From contig NC_088860.1 of NCBI RefSeq assembly GCF_963853765.1, positions 13,764,001 to 13,828,000 on the forward strand: 64,000 nucleotides of DNA. The letters are read 5' to 3'. The position numbers and the translations under genes were made by a program. Below are positions 1 through 12,800 of this stretch, piece by piece. Position 1 is the stretch's first letter, and each line of letters begins with the position of its first letter. Source of the DNA: Magallana gigas. Its lineage: Eukaryota. A model generated the notes under the pieces. The model was not told the origin of the DNA, made no database searches, and worked only from the letters and a program-made list of their open reading frames with translations.

Positions 1-845
1 ATGTACTTCATTTACTTGTTGATTAATATGACAATTCAATTTACACGTACATCGGTCTTAGAACGTTGATTGGTAAATTTTAGCTCTCTAAAACTTATGT
101 TTCCCAGGATTTTAAGCATGCACGCATGTCATTACACTTGCTTGTCTAATAACAGGTTGATATAGCCTTTTTGATGACTAAGGTTTATTTGTACTCAAAA
201 TAATGAGACATATAGACTGGGAATAATATATACCCAGGAGCACAACGTGTCAATTTCATAGGGCTGCAATGTACATGTAATGTAAAAAGAAAATCTAGTA
301 CATAGTATCTTTGGACCAATTTTGATTAAAGGAAAGATAACGATTTTCGTCGCGATGTCTATCGGAATTTATGAAAAGGCGGAGACAAAACAAGAATTTT
401 CGAACAATTGCCAACCAAAAAGCAGGGATTTAAAAATGAAAATAAAATCCCGTGATAAGATTCCATTTAAATGACAAATCTTTTTATCAAAAACTAAGTA
501 CTATTATCTTATTAGACAGAGACGTTTTGCCAAGCATTATCCTTACTAAGTTTTAATTCCTGTCGTCCCTTTATTTGTTGAATTTCTATATTGTTATAAA
601 CATTCCTAAAGCTGGCGATCATACATCCAAAAATGATTAAGTGGTCCAAGATTAAAAAAATAAAATTACAATGCTTTATCTACAGCCAAAAACCATAATA
701 TATGAAACTGGCTGAGAGCGACTTCGCTATGGGAATCAAATTCTTTGCGAAGAAAATTAATGTTACAGACTACTAGTATACATTTACGCTTTCAAACTTT
801 AAACACCATTTATTCAAACTTCCACCTCTATTCGGTATATACGCG

Positions 846-1543
846 CTAAACTGCGTCTGCAAAATCGTCCTCATTGTCCGACATACACACGTAGAACTCC
901 TCCTCCTCGTCAGAATGACACACGGGATCCGCCCAGATGTCTCCCGGAAGTCCTTCCGCCGCCGTCATGAATTTCTCCTCCGTGGCGTACACGCGACCTT
1001 TGGTGGTGCGCGACCTAACGACCACTGCATCCACCGAATCCCATTCCTCGTCCTCCCGCGGTGACGTCAGAGACGGGTCAGGGGCGGCGCTAGTGCGATA
1101 AACCCGCCTGGTTCCTTTGATTGTCATTTGAGGTCTCTTCTTCTTTCCCAACGCGTCACTTTCTGCTTTTGTCAATGGGCTGTGCCCCTTTGTTGATTGT
1201 TGCGCGTCACTTCCGCTTTTTCGACGCAAACTTCCTTCTTTCATTTTGCTGACAAATTTGCTTAATCGCTGTCGGTTCTTTTTACTTACCCGTTGTAAAT
1301 TATTGATTTCGTTCACAGATATCGGGATCTTTGGTCCATTTTCGCGTTTGTTTTTAATAACGTCTGCTATCACATTCTTGATGTCCTCGACATGGAGTAA
1401 TGTATTAAATTCAGTCAGTTTTGAAAGTCTTTTGAATGCTTCGTGGGAATACTTGAAGTTAAACGTAGAATATGGCGATTCTTTGTCATCGAATATATCA
1501 AACGCGGCAAATTTGATTTCTTCGTTTGTTTCTCTCGGTACAC
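846..1543 (-). CDS. PLA2G4A: cPLA2 terminal exon: end of catalytic domain plus long basic-then-acidic tail
   Basis: Acceptor aactcag| at 1544; [32 protein letters not shown] matches human GVPRETEEEKEIADFDIFDDPESPFSTFNFQY; the ORF then runs ~130 aa past the position of the human C-terminus to a stop at 846. Confidence 0.92.
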
Positions 1544-4500
1544 CTGAGTTACAACAAAAAAGAATGTTTGTAAAGTATGTACACAACTTTCCAAATGATA
1601 CTTTTACCTTAAACTTATATATGGGTAACAATGAGTTTAGAAATTTAGATTTATGTATATCATTTATTAAACGCACTATTCTAAATAAAACACCATAAAC
1701 TCACCTGGAGCTTTAAATCTGCGAAATTCAATATTAACGAGACAAAAATGGAGAACTATTGGACAGTATGGATCTGTTGGATGCTTGAATATATACAGTT
1801 CTTTCATTCCTTCTCGATCAAAGACCGTTACGTCAATCGGGGGAAAAGGCAGTTTGTTCAGATTGGCCCATTTCTCCGCCAGTTTGAGTTCCTACAAGCA
1901 CAGCAAATGTGTTAAGGTAGTTCACTACCGAATCCGCCTGGGGCTTCCGTTTATATTTACTGAATTAAATTTTTGGGAAAAGAAAATTCGACTGATTTGA
2001 GAAATTATTTCAAGGTAAAGTGAGCCACCTTAACAATTAATTTTTTTCTACAAAACTATCTGTTGAACCTCAGTGGCCACTTGAGAATATGCGTGAATGA
2101 CAAACCGTATATCCAGTTTTTTTCGCGATGATCTAATTTTCGCTTTTTGCGATCTCTTAAATCGCAAATAATTGAATACGCAGAAATTAAATCCTGTATT
2201 ATTTTCTATAAGAAACTGTTTAAATCGCAAAAAATGACTGATGCAACTTAAAAAATGTAACAGATTTTCCTATTTTCGCAAATTTTGTGACACGCGAAAA
2301 AAACCCCGAAAATACGGTAATTCACCTTGAAAGGCGGGGTAGTATCGCTGGGTCGGGCGCTGAAATCAAAAGACAGGATTATTTCCACGGCCCTCTGGGG
2401 TCGCAGTACAAGGGGATAGGGTGAATTGAAGGTCAGACCAGCGTCTACCATGTAGAGACGTTTGACATTGGTAGGATGTATCTCCAACAAGCCGTCAAAA
2501 TCATCTAGATAAAATAAGATTTTGAGATTAAGGAACAACTTCTTTTAAGCCCCGGCAAGTATCTGAAAAAGTTTACTTTAACAACACTTTTTACCTTTTT
2601 GAGTATGGACATCTTCTGTGTAAGAAAAATATTTGGGCTACCTACTAGTTTATTTATTTATCAAATTCATTTAAATTATATTTATACAATGTCAATTTTC
2701 CCTACTTCTTCATTTATATGAGTACTTTCAGTACTTTGTCAAATGACATCATAATATTAATTTAAAATTAGTAAATTAATATAATTATAAATTAGATCAT
2801 TTATTCCCTGTCAGCTGGAATGTGGTCTTTAATATCTCACCGCTTACTCTGTTGGCATTAGCACCTGATTCCTCAGGGTTAAATGGAGACAAGGGGAAAG
2901 CCTGTTGGAGGGACAACCCCCTCATAAAATTATGCACCACTCCGGCCCGGCCAGCGCGGGAGTTTAGGACCTCGAACCGCTTACTGCAATGAGGAAAACG
3001 CTAAAAGATTACGCTAAATTCTAGAAGCAGTATATTGTTTGTCAATTAAATAGTTTACCAAAATATCAAATATATTGGTTTTATAATCCAATCTCACGTT
3101 TAAAAAAAACATGGTTATTATATCGAACACGCTTTACATTAATGAATTCATGCTTACAGCGAAGTTATTTTTCATTCATTCAATTAATAACAAATCTCGT
3201 TAACTGTGTAAAATATCAATTGTCCCTGGCATACGCAAATTATCTTAAAGGGACATATCTCAACATCTTATTTTTAATCTTTATGTATGGTATCATGTGT
3301 TTTTATTTATGAATGATTCACCAAAATTTTAATGTTAGAAATCAAGTTACAAACGAGATATAGGGGTAAGAAGCCAAAACTAGAGTCTTATTACACATAT
3401 TATTAACAAATAATGTAAGTAAAGAAATTATCATTTTTCAGACATCATACTGAGCAACTTGTGACAAACAAGATAAACTTATCCAATGAGTTCATAAATA
3501 AATGCAATTTCATCAACAACAGAATTAAATCCCATACCAATACTACACAAATGTAAACAATAACAGGATTCAGGCTTTGTTTACGAAACAAAGAAATCTA
3601 ACCTCTGTATCTTGCTTGTAATTCGATATTTGACATTCAAATTTTGACAAAGCATAAAAAAAATTCATATTGACCATTCTAGACATTAAAATGGAAGAAA
3701 AAGATAAAACATCTGAGCTCAAATTATGTCATATATTCCCTGTAATGGCATGACCAGTCATAAAATATAATTCTAGTAAAATCGGACATGAATTTCACTC
3801 ACTTTTCCAAGAGGCCCGATAGGAAGTTTTGCCAGTACCCTTTTTGTTTGGTTTTTCTGAGGGTGGCGTGCCTTGAGCGAGGGTGTCCGTTTGACATGCC
3901 CTTGGGTGCTGTAGGGGGAAACTTGAACACATTGTTGTTTTCTGGTTCCTTTTTTACTGGTTCCGGTTCCTCCTCCTCATCATCATCGCCTTCATCTTCG
4001 CTGCTATCGCTGGACTCCTCATCCTGAGCCTGCTCCAGTGATTTCACTTTGAAAATAGTATCAAGAACGTGAATACTGGTAAGTAACTTTCGTTTTCTAT
4101 ATGTATCAAAAACATTTTTTACATTTAAAGTTTTATTTGGTTCGGTTACGCCTTTCCATGCTGACAAGATATACACTGATGAGCAGTATATCCTTACAAG
4201 GGCGTTGTTACGTCAAATGTTTCCTATTGATTAGTTTCAGCTTATTTTGAATTTGATGAGCGACCTTAACTGTTTTTCATGTCATCTTCATTTTAAAGTG
4301 AAGTTTCTATCTTGCCACGAATAATAGTAAAAGGGTATATACATACACCTGNNNNNNNNNNNNNNNNNNNNNNNNNNNNNNNNNNNNNNNNNNNNNNNNN
4401 NNNNNNNNNNNNNNNNNNNNNNNNNNNNNNNNNNNNNNNNNNNNNNNNNNNNNNNNNNNNNNNNNNNNNNNNNNNNNNNNNNNNNCTAAATGTAATGGTA

Positions 4501-7496
4501 ATGCATTGCAATGCATTACATGTTTTCAAAGTAATGCTAGTAATGTGTAATGCCTCAAAATTAGCATTACAAGTAATGCTAATGTAATGCATTACTTTCC
4601 AAAATCTAGTGTAATGCTGGCATTAAATGACATTACTTTGCATTACTATGCATATTTATGCATGTTCACTTTAAAAAATGTGATGAATAAATGAATAGTT
4701 GAAATTGAATTTGATTAAATTTATTTTTAAAGAAGAAAGAAATAATTCTAATTAAGAAAAAAATGTTTTAATTGTACATGTTTTATTAAAAAAGGTTTTT
4801 AAAAATTCATTTTTGAATTGTTTATATTACTAAAGATAACAGCACAATTTCATAACATTTTTAAGAGTGTTGTTATTAAGAGTTTTTAATCATTTAAACA
4901 ATTTACTCCAATTAGTTTGAACTTCAATAAGAAATGTGTCAACAACACACTATGCCCCCAGGATAATCTAAGTATCAAAACAATCTATTGTTATAAGAAG
5001 TGCTAAACACCCCAATCCCCTTCCCTTCGCTATGTCACAATAGAATAGGAGACAGACATGCACCTTTAAAAGCAAAATGAATGCACTGTCCATCCATGAT
5101 GAAAATCAATATCACTTCCAATATTATAACCCATTTGAAAATAATCTTACTTATTTTCTCTCTCTTTCTCTGTCTCTGTCTCTCTCTCTCTCTCTTGTAT
5201 ATTAATTACACTGTACATTAGTTTGGACTGATAGAAAATACAAGATTTATGTATTTAATCTATTATTGCACTTAATATATCCTAAGATAAAGATCGTCAA
5301 ACAGTATTTTCCAGCCCAAGCTTTGACTGCTCCTGCAAAACATTTATTAAGTATAGCCCGGAAGATGGATGCATTTAAAAGATGAACCCTTTAAAACTTC
5401 GATCATAAGTGCAACAGCAATCTTTTGTCTTAAAGTGTCCTTCGTAAAAAGAAATACGATTAAAATATATTAAGAAATATAACTGGGAAAAATCATCTGT
5501 TTATAAATTAATAAAATTAAGTGTCCAAAATTATAAAGATTTGTGTAATCTGGGGATATATCTATATTTAGCTTATAAAAACCGCAACATTATTTCATAA
5601 ATTGTTTTTTGTTACGCATGTTATCCTGTGTCTCTATTTCATATCTGATATTGTATCATGCCAAATGTCTATAAATATCATTTTACTTATGTAATATGTT
5701 GTTCATATTGCCACAATATGATTATATATTGAGCAAATAAAGAATGACTCTTGTTTATTCATTGAATTTGATCCTGATACTGAGCATGAAGCTGTAGATA
5801 TGTTAAAGAGTGTTGTATATTTGAAACATTTGCAAAAACTCTTTATTAGCTTTACTTTTAAAAAAAAAGTAATGGTAATGGTAATGCATTACTTTACTCA
5901 TGTAATGGTAATGTAATGCATTACTTCAAGAAAATCAAGTAATGGTAATGGTAATTTAATGCCCAAATTCATGAAGTAATGGTAATGTAATGCATTACTT
6001 TACAATGTAATTCGCCCCAAGCCTGATATATATATATAACAAAAAGTGTTCACCCTGATAAATACAATAATTTAATAATCATGACATAAAATAACGTGAA
6101 CTTTCGTTATCGGTATGTCTTTCCATCAACAGGACAGATAATAAAAGACAAAAACGAATGAAATCAATTACCCGTGACGAAACGTCAAAACATCAAATTT
6201 GTATTTTTCTATGTGCTTAATATGATTGGTAACTTTTTGTGATTGATATTAGTTTTCAGATAAATTCAAAAGAAAAATACTTAGTTAACATACCCAAAAT
6301 AATCATGAACAAATCAGCCAAGGCCGTTGGAATATGGTGTCTGCATTGTTCTTACCTCAGATTGTAGGACTACTCACTTTAAATTTGCTGCGTATTTTGT
6401 GTTCGACAATGTTTTACATATAAAGCAATCTAAATTAGGTAACGTTACTTTAATATAATTTTTTTCTCTTGTATAAGTGTAAAGTTATATCCAAAAGCTC
6501 TGAGCAAAATTCAACCAAAGCGGAAGTGTTTGCGATATTTAACAAAGGTCAAGGTCTCGGGTCGCAGCCAGAAGTCAAGATCAATGCAATCTTCACTACT
6601 TGAATGTGAAAAGGAAATCAGCCATCCCGACGGCAAGACAAATGAATGTGTTTATTTCATATAGTAAATTACATTATACTGGGTGAACACTAAAAAAGTT
6701 TGGTTCAGTGTATACTGTATATACCGGTATTTTATAAAATAAAATTACATATAACGTCAGATGCTTAAGTTAAACGGAGCCTCGCACAGGGTTTTGACAC
6801 AATATGTGCCAAAAAAACCATTAAAAAATCGTATATATAGTTTACTATATATACGATTTTTGCACAGATTGTGTCAAAACCCTGTGGAGCCTCGTGTAAA
6901 TCTTAATCCGATTAAAATCACAACACGGGACAAAAGACAGACTGATATACACAAATCATTGATCTACAGATTCTAACGTTCCACAATTTTATCCAATTCT
7001 ACTAAATTAATCAAGTGTTGAATAAACTATTGAAAAATAAAAACACGCAGACAAAGTTTGTGTAAATCTTTGATAAACAATGTTTGATATCAAATGTACC
7101 GCATAAAACAATTTATGTATCATTTTGTTTCGTTTGATTCCTGTTTTAACATACGGAAGAACTTTAATTTCTTTCAATAAAAAAGGGAAAAATCGAGACT
7201 TACCCATTTCCTGCCTAATCATCTCCACCGGGTCCTTGTTTCGGTTATCTTCAAGAAGCCTCTTAAACAAGATGCAGAATGCACTTCCCCATATCCCTAC
7301 AGAAGAAACACCAATCGTCTACATGTAACTTATCACTCATAAAAATCTATCTCCATATCTAAGTTTATTTTGAATATTTTTTGATATACAGAGGTTTTTT
7401 GTTCAAGGAAGTTTGAACACATATAGTCTAAAATGACTTCGCACATCCAGCTCTTTTTTTCTTATAATAAAGATCTAAGATGTCATAATTTGGAAA

Positions 7497-7568
<72 letters not shown>

Positions 7569-9829
7569 GTACCTTGTAAGAAATGAAGAGGTGGTTCTCC
7601 GTATGATTTTACCAATTTGCCCATGAAGAACTTGCTTCCAAACAGTTCTGAATTCATATAGGCTCCATATTTTGGCATTCCAATTTCATAAGGTGAAAAC
7701 TCAACCCATTCTGTAAAAATCAAATGACAAATGATTGGAATAACCTTAAATAAATTATCAAATACCATAAAGAAGCATTAATTCAAAATGTCGTACCCTG
7801 AAAACTTCTTGCCGACCGATCTGCTTTTACGTTTACACACGTCATAAGTGGAAGTGGCACTTTTCCATCTTTGACCTTTTCACGCATGTCTGACAACTTT
7901 GTAGTTAACCTCTGTGATTAAAAACAATCAGATCCAAATTCGATGCAATGAGTGATTTGTATTTACCTTTTTAACTAAATTCACATTCGTTATTATTCAA
8001 TAATAAAACTACATGTACTATTTATCTTTGGTCTTTGCTTACGTCTTTTAGAAGGGTCTCCCCCACGAGGTGTCCAAAGATGTCCGTAAAACTAACAGGT
8101 TGTCCGTTCCGGCGTTTTTCGAGGATCCGGTCCACGTAGCGGTATATACTCTGAGGGGACAGCAGCCAGATGAGACTAGAGTCAATGTTGTTCATTAACT
8201 CATCCTGCATGTCCCCTGGGTGCATCTCTGGCCAGTCCTTGTGCGAGTATAGTGTGGAGACATACCTAGGTAGAAAAGTGGATAGAATAAGTGGAAACGC
8301 ACTTTGGTTAATTTATTGACTGAATACACTTTTTATAATTGTTGAGATGGAAAAGCACGCGGAATAGGGTAGTTTATCTTTAGATAAATATATTGAGTGG
8401 ATATACTCGCATATGAGTGACTGACAAAATAAGAGATGGGATAGAGGACAAATTAAGGCGAAAACACTCTGCAACTAGGAGAGGAGAGGATCAGAACAGG
8501 TAATCAGCTGAAGAAACCTACTGGAACAGTCCATAGAATGGCAAGCACCTTCATGATTGAGCTTTACAGACTTTCAAGAGCATTTAACAGCACAATAAGG
8601 GTCAAGTTATGAAATCTACACAAGCATTATGGCATTCCTGATATATATATGTCAACATCAGCAGAAAAATATCTGATGGATGTACTAACTGTGTTATCGA
8701 AAGCGGAAAGACATCTGACTGGTTCAAGGTTCAGACCGGAGTGAGGCAGGGATGTGTCATGTCTGGTTCCTATTCATCATTGTGGTCAATTGGATAATGA
8801 GAAAAACCAACAATGAGAAACAAGGTATACGTTGGAAATTTATGTCGCAGTCCACACTAGAAGAATTTGACTACGCCGATGACCCGGTGCTTTTATTCAG
8901 CAAACAAAGTGCCTTTTTCACCCATGAACAACTTATGGAAATCAGCCAAACATAGCACTAAGACCAAGCTAAGAATATTCAACACAAATGTCATCTCTGT
9001 GTTATTGTATTGCTCTGACCTCTGGAGAACCCCCGAAAAAGATGATGAGAATCTCGATACATTCTACCGGAAATATCTTCGGAGAATTTTGAAGATACAC
9101 TGGCCAGACAAGATATCGAACCAACAGCTATATGAACAAACATCAACAATCCTAATGTCAAGAACAATCCAGGGTATGCATTGGAGATGGATAGGCCATG
9201 TTCTCCAAAGGGACAACAGTGCGAACATCAGAACTGCGTTGACCAGGGCTCCTGATGGAAAGAGAGGCGAGGAAGGCCAAAGAACACCTGCAGGCACACA
9301 GTAGAGAAAGGGAGAAAAGAACTAAAGTGGCACAGTTTGAGAGAGGTGCAGGTTATCGCCAGCGACGTCGCAAGAGGTGTACTTTGTTGCGCGACCTCAT
9401 GCGTCCTCCGGGGGCACGGATTGGATAAGTAAGTAGTACTCGCATATGAATCATGAAATGTAGGTATTGTCAAAGTATGATTGCGTGTGGTAATTGATAT
9501 CCTCATTTCGTGTGTTAATATAACACTTAGACCTAGTATTTCTTTATATGTTCTCTGTAGTCTCTAGATATTTCTTAGAGTCAGGACAGTGTCTTATAAA
9601 TCGTAACGTAACATTGGTTTTTTCCCCATTTGTTAAAATTTAATACCCATGGAATGATTTTAAAGAACGTGATTGATAAATAAAAAGATATCTATTTACT
9701 AGTATGTTCACAGACAATATAGTTGTCAAATTTGCTCAATAGCATTTTTGATATTCATGCACTCTCTAATGACCTACAGACGTATCATGTACAGTAACCT
9801 ATGTATATGTATATGTATATGTATATGTG

Positions 9830-9862
<33 letters not shown>

Positions 9863-12800
9863 GCATTTTGAATCTAAAGAAAAACATGGGGTGAATGTAC
9901 TCTTGATTATTTATTGTGCAAAGTGCATGTTCAGCACTTTGTAAAAACAACAATTTTTCTTGGATATATCCCAAGGTTAGTTGGTAGAAATTCGCTCAAA
10001 TTACATCCAAAAGATTGTGGTGAGTTTTTCCTAGAAATTACAATTATAGCTAATGTATTTCTGGAAAGTCGAAATTGATTTTAGTGTACTGCGAGGAAGC
10101 TTTTGGCACCATCAATTACAATAAAGGGCATACGTGGGCAATAATATTTCTTCGAGGTTTATTTTTAAATTTTTCTCACAAAATATCAAAATCTACCAGA
10201 AGAACAAATAAACCCAAGGTTAAGTGTTTTACATGTATGTTCCTTCTGTTTGCATCACTGTCATACGTTCGGATTTTAAACTATTTCTCAATGTATATTC
10301 TAATATATATGCAAATCATTATTACTGTACAAACATTTGACTTTTTTCACACGATATTACCATGACGATCCGGAGAGTCCAGCCACATAGGAAGTGACGT
10401 CAAGAATGCCGGACTTCTTGAGAGCGTTAAAGACGCCACTGTACGCCACCATGGCGCGGAATCCGCCCCCGGATCCTATCACGCCCACTGTCGGAACCTT
10501 TATAGTAAAAAAAAAAAGAGTATTAAAAACTTCTGTTAAATAAATAATTCAAAGATTTTGGAGATAATGATATAGCAAAAGTAAATTGCATGAACACGTT
10601 TTATATTAGTGAATTGAAGTATTTAATGCTAGTAAAATATATTTAAGTTTTCATGAAAGAAGTTTTTTAAAAAATTAACTAGCGCATGATATCCTATATT
10701 TGTATATGAGATTAAACTGACCACCAAGGAAATTTCTTCTAAGCGGATCAAAAGCTTAAAGAGACAACAAAAACCACGACGAATACTGCATATCCGTAAT
10801 ACCCCTTCCCCATTGTTAAATACAAATAAATAAGTGCAACAGCACTTCTGACACCTACGGTATTACAAGGTTGCAGCAAAGGGCAATGGACACATTTGTC
10901 ATTACAAGTATATGTATAAACTGACAAAATGAATACGGTGAATGAACATCTTTGCTGCAAATGCATTAAAGGCATCGTCAGAAATACAGGACCAGTCACA
11001 AAAATGCCTACATTTCTTGGATAGGTTCGGTAAAATTGTCTTGGTTTCATAAATATTCTTTAGCGATTTTCATTCACGAAGGAAAAGCCAATCTCACCAG
11101 TTTAGGGGGGCGGGGTGTTATAAAAAACCAAAGACCATCAAATGAAAATATATGTAAGAACGTTTTATTATTCACGCAATTGGTGAGATTTTCATCACAA
11201 AAGTGTAAAGCCCCACATCGTGTGCAAGATTTGCCACTGGGCGATATATGAATAAATACAGGTATAAGGGACTGGACGAATTTGCTAATTTTTATTTCTC
11301 CAAAACACACCTCCTCAATATCCTGTGGTCCCCTCTCCTCTCCCAGTAATTCCACCATTTTCTTCATGACGACATCGCTTCTATTTTTTCTAAAGTCTTT
11401 TTCCTGATCACACAGGCACAGACTATACCGGAGAGTAGGGTTTTCGCTGCAAGTTAACATGTAACATTGAGGTAATTACGTGTAACGTAATACATAAGTA
11501 ACAGCTGTAAGAGAACAAGAATGTAAGAAGGATCGTGATATGGACTCCAAGGCAACAAAAGAGTGAATTTAAATAGATCTAAAATGCAAAAACATCATTC
11601 ATGAATAAAACAAAACAAACAAACGACACAATGTAAAGAAAACTAACCGACTTTCCAAAAAGATCAAATTAAGAATTTTAACTTTATGAAACGAAAAACG
11701 TTTCCAAATTTAATGTAAATCAATGTATACAAAATATAACATACTTAGTTTATTGAAAATAACACAAGTTATTTAATCATCTATTTATTTTTTTTTGTTC
11801 AACTGAAAAAAGTTCAATTCATTTCCGAAGGACCAAACATTTCAAACTTCATTTTAAAAAGGCAGCGAATAGAGAAAAAACAGACAAACACAAGGAATCT
11901 AAAGTGTATGGATTTCTTCCAAAGCAAATTAAAACGACCGAGTAAAAAAAGTTTGCAATGAAAATTCGATCGTTTCAAACATGTTACTACTGTTAACACT
12001 GTAAATGAATCCCTAATTTATTACGCTTTCGGTGAAGAAGGAAGAAAGCTGTCACGGAGACAATGGAGCATTTTTTTTTTACTGATGGCTGAATATGTTG
12101 TTTTCATGCATTACGATTTTAATGAATCAAATTTATCAGTTTTAAGCTTATGCGGAAACCCATTTCGGGAAATAGATAATGATCGAAAAAATCTCTACAT
12201 ATCACTAGTGTCAGACGTTTTTTTTTTAAATTAGGTAAAATACTAGCTTCTAGTGACATGTTGAAATAAATGCAACTGTCAAAAAAAACCAACTGTCCTC
12301 TATATTGACATTTAGAATTTATATATGTTCGAGCAAATAATTTATCTCATTATTACCTACGGGTATTCACGTAACCTTAGTCATGAAACATGATTGTATA
12401 ATATACAGAATCTATTGAATATAGAAAAAAGATATTTCTATATATTTAAATAATTGTCTATGGTTCGACATTGTTTATATTCGTATGAATACATGTAATG
12501 TTATATGTGATAATTCATATATGATATACGTATCTGAAACTTGTATGCTATACCAAGTACTATTTCTAACAGTCTATAAATGTACTTAGAATATACTAGA
12601 AATTGGTTTATATATATACATGTATATATCGACGATTGTAGCGAAGGAGAACATAATTCAGGAAATAAAAATGTACTTCCTACATTGACGTACTAAGAAA
12701 GTTGTCATAATATTCATGAACTTTCTTCCACTGGGAATTTTAACCTAAACCCGGTCGGGATTTCCCCATTTATATAATAAATTATTTTTTTTTCGGGGGG

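Noticed and set aside
1246-1698. 150-aa plus-strand ORF
   Set aside because: Antisense shadow of the cPLA2 last exon, starting at TTG.
4293-4592. ORFs spanning the N run
   Set aside because: Artefacts of translating through the gap.
6370-6430. Possible extra cPLA2 exon (minus-strand AG near 6430, donors near 6377 and 6355)
   Set aside because: From the phase-1 acceptor the first donor gives phase 2 and reading on hits a stop; flanking exons already join in frame.
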